From Desulfosudaceae bacterium (GTDB lineage Bacteria > Desulfobacterota > Desulfobacteria > Desulfobacterales > Desulfosudaceae): 64,000 bases of DNA. Position 1 is the stretch's first letter. Every line of letters starts with the position of its first letter. Of the stretch, positions 19,328 through 25,946 are shown piece by piece. A program made the position numbers and the translations under genes. Under the pieces are notes generated by a model. The model did no database searches. It was not told where the DNA came from and worked only from the letters and a program-made list of their open reading frames with translations. The stretch lies in the NCBI GenBank assembly GCA_963674745.2, contig CAXXDV010000003.1, positions 1,376,001 to 1,440,000 on the forward strand, in the 5' to 3' direction.

Positions 19328-19780
19328 ATGGAAAAGAGAAGGAATCCTGGCGCTGCGACAACATCCCGCCGGAACTTTTTCCGTCGTTTTTTTACTGAAA
19401 CGATAAGCCTTATTGAGGAAGCCAGGGGAACCCCCCAGCTCAACCTGAATGATATCGCAGCGCTCCCGGATGAGATTTTCGGTAGTATCATTCCGGTTTT
19501 CAGTGAACATACCCGGTATCGGATTGAAGGTGATCGGCTACTCATCGTCGATGAAAAGAGCGCTATTTTCAGAAAAGCCTATCAATTTACGCCTCGAGAG
19601 CTGTATGTTTTGAATCAATTTGACGGACATAATACATTAAATTCAATTGTTTATGTAATTATAAACCAGTTTGACCAAGATGCCGAAGCAGCGTTTCAGC
19701 AGGTAAAAAATCTGTTCTGCACCATGGCCGGATACGCGGTATGCCATCCGCTGCATGAAACACCGGAGCAGCAAAAATGA
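19328..19780 (+). CDS. PqqD/RRE-like protein with an N-terminal SRRNFF extension
   Basis: C-terminal 'RLLIVDEK...YQFTPRELYVLNQFDGHNTLNSIVYVIINQFDQDAEAAFQQVKNLFCTM' fits the PqqD/RRE winged-helix pattern; SD AAGGA; ATGA overlap with the next gene. Confidence 0.7.
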   Translation: MEKRRNPGAATTSRRNFFRRFFTETISLIEEARGTPQLNLNDIAALPDEIFGSIIPVFSEHTRYRIEGDRLLIVDEKSAIFRKAYQFTPRELYVLNQFDGHNTLNSIVYVIINQFDQDAEAAFQQVKNLFCTMAGYAVCHPLHETPEQQK

Positions 19781-21162
19781 ACCGGGCAGATATTGCCGAT
19801 ATTTACGCCATTTCCTTACCAGAAGAGAAGTTTCTGCTATATTCCCCGTTAAGGGGTTTTTCCGCGCTCGTAAACCGGAAAGCCCTTGATGAATCCGCCC
19901 GGTTTGTAACGGGAAAACCATGCCGAAACAGGGGGGCGTCACCGCTTGACGCTATTTTCAATGCGCTTTCAACGCCTGCTTTACCCCCTCCATTTGAACC
20001 GGATAAGCTGCTGGCTCCTTTTTTTCTGGGTATTATTCCCACGCGGGCCTGTAACATGTCCTGCCGTTATTGCGATTTCGGGGACCAATCGCCGGGTTCG
20101 CAGTCCATGGATTTACGGACTGCTGTAGCTGCTGTGGACTGGATGGCGGACCATGTTTATCGGACAGGCCGGGATAAACTGGAAATCCACTTTTTCGGCG
20201 GAGAGCCGTTTGTCGCCCCAGATGTCGTGGACGCCGCCGTTTACCGGGCGCGGGCTGTTGCCGGGGAAAAAGGGATACCCCTTCATCTGGAAGTGTCCAC
20301 CAACGGTCTATTTGATGAGAACAGGGCCGTTTTTGTGGGGGATTACTTTAATTCAGCTGTTATTTCCCTGGATGGATTCCGGGAAACACATGACCGTCAC
20401 CGCCCCCTAGACGGGAGCAGAGGTAGTTTTGATGGTGTCGTAGAGTCAATTCGGCGGCTTTCGATGACGCCGGCAGAGGTTTGTCTGCGGTGTTGTATAT
20501 CGCATATAAACGTGGACAGGATGGAAGCGATTGCCCGGTGGTTCTGTGAAGAATTAAAACCATCTGTCGTAAACTTTGAAATCGTAAGTTCAAATTCAAA
20601 ATCAGATGCGGCGGGATTGTTTCCGCCCGACCCGTATCGTTTTGCCGGTAATTGCGTTCGGGCCTGTCGTCTTGTCCGACAATTCGGGATTCAAGCGGTT
20701 TACGCGTCGGCATCTATTGATACCGTGCGTCGAAGTTTTTGTCCCATGGGAAAGGATACCTTGATCGTTTCTCCCGATGGACGGATCAGCAGTTGTTATC
20801 TGCCGGACAGGGACTGGAAGAAAAAGGGACTGGATCTTGATGTGGGACGTCTGAGAACGGATGGTTCAATGGATATTGACATGGCTGCAATCCAGCGTCT
20901 GCGCCGGATAACCGCCGATAAGCCCGGCTGTGAAAAATGCTTTTGCAAATGGACTTGCGCCGGAGGCTGTCATGTCAGGCAATACGATCAGGCAGCTGTT
21001 TCTACAAAAAATGATTTTTGTGTTCAGACGCGCCTTATTACCGCCTGTTCTCTGCTGGACAACCTTGGATTCCGCGATCTGGCCGATTCGCTTCTGGCGG
21101 ATATGGACGCGATGGAAACTCTGGCGTTGAATCCATCGGATTATTTGGTACAATTCACATGA
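19777..21162 (+). CDS. Radical SAM/SPASM peptide-maturase-like enzyme 2
   Basis: CNMSCRYC, FFGGEPF, STNG, ISLDG; SPASM FC...PDGRISSC...CEKCFCKWTCAGGC...FC. Confidence 0.92.
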   Translation: MNRADIADIYAISLPEEKFLLYSPLRGFSALVNRKALDESARFVTGKPCRNRGASPLDAIFNALSTPALPPPFEPDKLLAPFFLGIIPTRACNMSCRYCDFGDQSPGSQSMDLRTAVAAVDWMADHVYRTGRDKLEIHFFGGEPFVAPDVVDAAVYRARAVAGEKGIPLHLEVSTNGLFDENRAVFVGDYFNSAVISLDGFRETHDRHRPLDGSRGSFDGVVESIRRLSMTPAEVCLRCCISHINVDRMEAIARWFCEELKPSVVNFEIVSSNSKSDAAGLFPPDPYRFAGNCVRACRLVRQFGIQAVYASASIDTVRRSFCPMGKDTLIVSPDGRISSCYLPDRDWKKKGLDLDVGRLRTDGSMDIDMAAIQRLRRITADKPGCEKCFCKWTCAGGCHVRQYDQAAVSTKNDFCVQTRLITACSLLDNLGFRDLADSLLADMDAMETLALNPSDYLVQFT

Positions 21163-21196
21163 TGTATGGAAATTAAACCATAACGAAAGAGGCCAT

Positions 21197-22822
21197 ATGG
21201 ATGACTCTAGAAAAGATGATCGCTTGAAGCAAGTGCCCGAGAATCCGGATGAAAAACCTGAGGTGTACGCGGTCTCAATGAAAAAAAAGAGGGTTTCATT
21301 AAGCCGTCGTGCTTTTTTGGGCAGTATCGGTACCGGCGCGCTGCTGACCGCCTGTGCTGAACTAAATCCTCAAAAAAACGGATGTGTCGACAAAACAGCC
21401 GGCCGGCCGGGGGGTGTTTCACAATTACCGTCGGAACCGGTAAAAGAAGTGTATGAGTGGTGCGAAAATTTTAATACCCATTCAAATTCCGTCAATGCCC
21501 TGGCTGTCAGCCCGAATGGCCGGATGCTGGTGTCGGGAAGCGCCGACACAACGATCAAATTATGGTCTCTCCCCGGGGGAAAGCTCCTGAAAATCTTAAA
21601 GGGGCATTCAAATGTTGTAAATACGGTAGCCGTCAGTCCGGACGGCAAGCTGCTGGCTTCCGGAAGCGGCGGTAAGACTGTCAGGCTGTGGTCTCTTAAA
21701 AATGGCCGGGGGCTGCTTTCTTTGAAAGGGCATTCAGCGTTTGTCAAGTCTGTTGCCTTCAGCCCGGATGGCCGGCTGCTGGCTTCCGGAAGCGGAGACA
21801 AAACCATTAAGTTGTGGTCTCTGCCGGAGGGGAAACTGCTGAAAACCCTGACGGGACATTCGAGTTATGTGTATGCGGTTGCCTTCAGCCCGGACGGTAA
21901 ATTTCTAATATCCGGAAGCGCTGACAAAACCATCCGGTTGTGGTCTTTGCCGGACGCAATGCTGTCACAAACCCTGACAGGGCATTCCGACTATGTCAAC
22001 TCACTGGTTGTCGGTTCGGACAGCCGGCTCCTGATATCGGGAAGCTGTGACAGAACGATTAAACTGTGGTCTTTGCCGGACGGGGGGCTGTTGCAAACCC
22101 TGGCAGGTCATTCCGGCTGGATCAATACTTTAGCGATCAGCCTGTGCGGACATCTGCTGGCGTCGGGAAGTGCTGATAAAACGGTAAGAATATGGTCCCT
22201 GCCGGAGGGTAAACCGCTTCTGGTGATGATGGGCCAGGATTTGCCGATAAAATCCGTGGTAATCAACCCGGAAGGGAATTTGTTAATATCGGCCGGTAGT
22301 GACAAAACCATTACCGTATGGACGCTTCCGGATGGATCCCCCAGTTGGTGCTTTTCCGATCCTGCCTTAACCGCGCCGCAGGAGATGAAAACCTTTCGTC
22401 AGATGGGATTTTGCACCCGGATCCTGCCCTGTGGCGCACAGATACCGCCGGGGGCTGTTTGCACTTGTAATTGTGTGGCAGCGGCCTCTATCCACAAGGG
22501 GCCTGAAACGATCTGTATTTGTGATACCATCGCCGTCCCGGCCTTCAAAACGCTGCCGGGAAATACGGTGTGTGTCTGCAACACAATTTTAGTCGGCACG
22601 GGTTGTATCCCCAAGAATCATGAACGGCACATGTCAGGGAAGTCCTGTACCTGCAATACTATTTGTACCTGTGATACGGTGTCGAGGGCCGGTCTTCCTT
22701 GTTCCCGTTATGCTGTAGGCGGCCACACAAAACAGACGACCGGAACGACTTGTACCTGCGATACCATCTGCACCTGCGATACGGTTTCAACAGGAGGCGG
22801 GCATTACTGGTATCCCACTTAA
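21197..22822 (+). CDS. Tat-lipoprotein WD40 beta-propeller with a Cys-rich repeat tail (candidate substrate of the rSAM operon)
   Basis: SRRAFL + hydrophobic stretch + LTAC lipobox (Cys53); seven 42-aa GH...W repeats; tail with 7 CxC[DN]x[IV] units ending GGGHYWYPT; SD GAGG. Confidence 0.88.
   Translation: MDDSRKDDRLKQVPENPDEKPEVYAVSMKKKRVSLSRRAFLGSIGTGALLTACAELNPQKNGCVDKTAGRPGGVSQLPSEPVKEVYEWCENFNTHSNSVNALAVSPNGRMLVSGSADTTIKLWSLPGGKLLKILKGHSNVVNTVAVSPDGKLLASGSGGKTVRLWSLKNGRGLLSLKGHSAFVKSVAFSPDGRLLASGSGDKTIKLWSLPEGKLLKTLTGHSSYVYAVAFSPDGKFLISGSADKTIRLWSLPDAMLSQTLTGHSDYVNSLVVGSDSRLLISGSCDRTIKLWSLPDGGLLQTLAGHSGWINTLAISLCGHLLASGSADKTVRIWSLPEGKPLLVMMGQDLPIKSVVINPEGNLLISAGSDKTITVWTLPDGSPSWCFSDPALTAPQEMKTFRQMGFCTRILPCGAQIPPGAVCTCNCVAAASIHKGPETICICDTIAVPAFKTLPGNTVCVCNTILVGTGCIPKNHERHMSGKSCTCNTICTCDTVSRAGLPCSRYAVGGHTKQTTGTTCTCDTICTCDTVSTGGGHYWYPT
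21479..22360 (+). repeat. Seven tandem 126-bp WD40 coding repeats
   Basis: Units such as HSxxVxxVAFSPDGxLLASGSxDKTIKLWSLPxGxLLxTLxG at 42-aa period. Confidence 0.93.
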
Positions 22823-22834
22823 GCCGGACGGCAG

Positions 22835-25672
22835 ATGAATATTTTAACTCCTGCGAATAAAAACGACATAACCGACGATTTCACGGCAGCGGACACTTTT
22901 TCTGTCGGCAATTTTATGCTTAAGGGGAAGGTCCATCCGAAACTGCCTCTGTTTGAACTGCGTTCGGGCGGTCAAAGCGTATTGTATGCGCCCGGAAAAG
23001 TTGCCGTTGTAGATTATCCGAATGCCGAAGCGATCTGCCGGGCATGGTCCGGAGACGGTGTCCTGTCTCCGGGCAGCATTTCCGGTCAGACGGCCCGATG
23101 GCTTGAAACGCATGCGGAAAATGCCCTGAAAAAATGGAAGGCTGTTACCGGCATGCCTTTCCAGCCCGAATGCCTGACCATTTACCCGGGTATTCAGTGC
23201 AACCTGAAATGTGGTTATTGTTACGCGCGGAACCGTGACGTTGATGAAACAGCGGGAAGCAGGTCAGGCCGTCCGGTTATGGCTGATTCGGTTGTGGCTT
23301 CCGCTGCCGCGATTGTAGCGAAAAACTGCGCCGACAAAGGACTTCCGTTTCATCTGGTTCTGCACGGCGGTGGAGAGCCCTCATACTACTTTGATCAGGT
23401 GCGCCGTTATACGGCGATAACCCGCCAGGCTGCCCGGCAGCTCGGGCTGGACTGGTTCGGGTATATCGCCACCAATGGGGTAATGCCTGAAAAAAATGCC
23501 CGGTGGCTGGCTGAAAATTTTACGCGGATCGGACTGTCGTGCGACGGCCCTCCAGATATTCAGGACAGGCAGCGGCCGCTTAAAACTGGCGGCAGAACCT
23601 CGCCACAGGTAAAACAGACCGCGCGTATTTTAACTGAACATGGCGCGGATATGGTTGTCCGCGCCACCCTGACACCCTGGTCTTTTTCTCGTCAGACTGA
23701 AATTGTCACCTATTTTTATGAGCATTTAAATCCATCCGCCATACGTTTTGAACCGGCTTTTCGACTTCGGGATAATGGGCATCCGGGATTCACCGCAGAC
23801 GATGCGTCAATTTTTGTCGAGCATTTTCTGGCTGCCAGGAAGACAGCAGAATCCATGGGATGCCATCTTTCCTTATCCGGTATCCGGCCCGAAGAGATCC
23901 ACGGCCCTTTTTGCGATGTCCTGCGGAATGTCCTGCGTCTGGGACCGGACGGTTCGGCTACGGCCTGTTTTCTGATATCAGATGAAACGGTACCTGTCAG
24001 TTCGCCTTTTTTGATTGGCCGGGCGGACCCGGACACGGGTGATTTTATTTTAGACACCAAAAAGATAGAGGCATTCCGGCGTTCCGTCGCCGTCATACCT
24101 GCCGAATGTGAACAATGCATCAATATCTGTCATTGCGCCCGGGGATGTCCGGACCGGTGTCCGGTTTTAACCGGGTCGCCCGTTGATCCGGAGAATAAAA
24201 ATAATAATAATTTTCTGTGCCGGTTGTATCAAAAACTGGCGCCGGCCCTCATTATGGACGCAGCGGACAGGTTGATAAACAGAGAACAAAAAAAGGCGGT
24301 GACGATACTACCCGATATCGGCATCTCCGATGAAGCCGGCCTTAACCTGAATGATCTGCCGGCTGCCGTAAACAGGGAAGAGATCAGAAAACAGTATGAC
24401 GCGGTGGGCGGTACCTATGATATTACAGCCGGCCGCTTGCCGGAGCCTGCCTGGCGGAAAAAGGGGTTTACCTTCAATGGCCCTGATGCCTGGCATTATC
24501 TGCGTCGGGTTTTACCGGATACGGATCACGCCCGACCGGTGTCTATTTATTTCCATGTCCCGTTTTGTGAACACCGGTGTGCCTTTTGTGACTGCTATGC
24601 CTTTCCCTTCGGGAAAAAAAGGTCCGTAAAAGAAGAGGCCTTTTGCCGGGCGCTTGTAGCTGAAATGCGTTTTTGGTCGGATATTTACCCGATCAGCCGA
24701 CGCCGGGTTACGACCGTCCATTTCGGCGGAGGGACCCCGGGGTGTTTGAATGCTCCTGTGTTTGATCGAATTCTGACGGAATGCCGCGATCTTTTTAAAG
24801 TCCATGAGCAGACGGAATGGGCGCTGGAAACAACCGTTTCTCACATCAGGCAGGAAGATTTGAACCGGTTGGGAAAATTGGGCTTTTCCCGGCTGCATGT
24901 TGGGGTTCAGACCTTAAATGAGGATTTAAGGCAATCCATTGGGAGAAGGACTTCAGCCAAGGATGCTGTCTTCAGGCTGAAAAAGGCCATGGGGGCAGGT
25001 TTTGTTGTTTCCGTAGATATTTTATATGGCCTCCCCGGACAGCGCTTATCGGATGTGCTGAATACCCTGTCGATCCTGATTGACATGGAGATTCACGGTC
25101 TGTCGCTTTACCGTTTCAATGTATCAAAACGGAATCGATGGTATATTAAGCGTTGCCGGGAGTTTAACCCGGATCCGCGTCGTGATTACTTGATGTTTCA
25201 GGCCGCGGAGCAAATGCTGACCAAAGCCGGTTATCGGAAAAACCATTTTGCGCATTTTGCAAAACAAGCGGATCGCAACCTGTATTTCACCTGTCCGCTG
25301 AGGGGGGAAGACCTGCTGGCCATGGGGCCGACGGCAGACGGTTTTTTCGGTAATTATCGATACCGTAACGCGGAATATGCAAGGTATATGAACCAGTTGC
25401 AAAACAAATCAGGCATGCCGGTGCTGCAAGGCTGTCTTGAGGAATCAGACCTTGAGGTCAGGGCGCGTCCGGCGATCCTCGACATTATGGGCAGCCATAT
25501 CCGGAGAAGCGTTCATGAACATCTGGGTATCGACAGTCTGATCAAGAAATGGGAAGACTGTCTGCTGATCGAAAATTTATCCGGCGGAAATGATTTTGCG
25601 TTAACACCGAACGGCTCCTGGTTTGTTAATCAAATGATTGCTGATGTTTTACATGATCTTGAAAGCAGGTGA
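22835..25672 (+). CDS. Double radical-SAM fusion: N-terminal rSAM/SPASM + C-terminal HemN/class C methyltransferase-like rSAM
   Basis: CNLKCGYC, LHGGGEP, SPASM (FC...C; CEQCINICHCARGC); second domain SIYFHVPFCEHRCAFC, TVHFGGGTP, RLHVGVQT, DILYGLPGQ. Confidence 0.9.
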   Translation: MNILTPANKNDITDDFTAADTFSVGNFMLKGKVHPKLPLFELRSGGQSVLYAPGKVAVVDYPNAEAICRAWSGDGVLSPGSISGQTARWLETHAENALKKWKAVTGMPFQPECLTIYPGIQCNLKCGYCYARNRDVDETAGSRSGRPVMADSVVASAAAIVAKNCADKGLPFHLVLHGGGEPSYYFDQVRRYTAITRQAARQLGLDWFGYIATNGVMPEKNARWLAENFTRIGLSCDGPPDIQDRQRPLKTGGRTSPQVKQTARILTEHGADMVVRATLTPWSFSRQTEIVTYFYEHLNPSAIRFEPAFRLRDNGHPGFTADDASIFVEHFLAARKTAESMGCHLSLSGIRPEEIHGPFCDVLRNVLRLGPDGSATACFLISDETVPVSSPFLIGRADPDTGDFILDTKKIEAFRRSVAVIPAECEQCINICHCARGCPDRCPVLTGSPVDPENKNNNNFLCRLYQKLAPALIMDAADRLINREQKKAVTILPDIGISDEAGLNLNDLPAAVNREEIRKQYDAVGGTYDITAGRLPEPAWRKKGFTFNGPDAWHYLRRVLPDTDHARPVSIYFHVPFCEHRCAFCDCYAFPFGKKRSVKEEAFCRALVAEMRFWSDIYPISRRRVTTVHFGGGTPGCLNAPVFDRILTECRDLFKVHEQTEWALETTVSHIRQEDLNRLGKLGFSRLHVGVQTLNEDLRQSIGRRTSAKDAVFRLKKAMGAGFVVSVDILYGLPGQRLSDVLNTLSILIDMEIHGLSLYRFNVSKRNRWYIKRCREFNPDPRRDYLMFQAAEQMLTKAGYRKNHFAHFAKQADRNLYFTCPLRGEDLLAMGPTADGFFGNYRYRNAEYARYMNQLQNKSGMPVLQGCLEESDLEVRARPAILDIMGSHIRRSVHEHLGIDSLIKKWEDCLLIENLSGGNDFALTPNGSWFVNQMIADVLHDLESR

Positions 25673-25946
25673 AGATGGTTCACTTTGATCCTGATGTCGT
25701 CTGGTCTGTTGACTGCCGCGGTTTGTCGCTGGTTCACCGTAAAACAGGTGACCGCGCTTGCCTGGTTTATCCCCAAGCCGCTTTATGGGATCTGTTGAGC
25801 AGAGAGGTGGAAATGACGAGGATCATCCGGATCATGACGGCTCTGACGGCGTTGAGGACCCGGCTGTCCGGCTATGGTGCCGCCGGACCGTCCAGGGCTG
25901 GATTGACGCGGGCTGGATGCTCGAAGACGGGGAAACCGCATCATGA
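25669..25946 (+). pseudogene. PqqD/RRE-like protein interrupted by a 1-nt frameshift near 25848 (real lesion or assembly error)
   Basis: Joining ORF 25669 (to ...IMTALT) with the -1 frame (GVEDPAVRLWCRRTVQGWIDAGWMLEDGETAS*) gives a 92-aa RRE-sized protein with a GTGA overlap upstream and an ATGA overlap downstream. Confidence 0.72.

Noticed and set aside
21479..22360. WD40 protein as part of a NACHT/TIR/kinase immunity or signalling protein
   Set aside because: No NTPase, TIR, caspase or kinase domain is present; it has an export signal and sits inside a maturase operon.
24535..25672. Calling the HemN-like domain a heme-biosynthesis coproporphyrinogen III dehydrogenase (hemN)
   Set aside because: It is fused to a SPASM maturase in an RRE-containing operon with no tetrapyrrole genes nearby, so the gene symbol is withheld.
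25840..25860. Programmed -1 ribosomal frameshift in the second RRE gene
   Set aside because: No XXXYYYZ slippery site or long homopolymer; a 1-bp deletion or assembly error is simpler.
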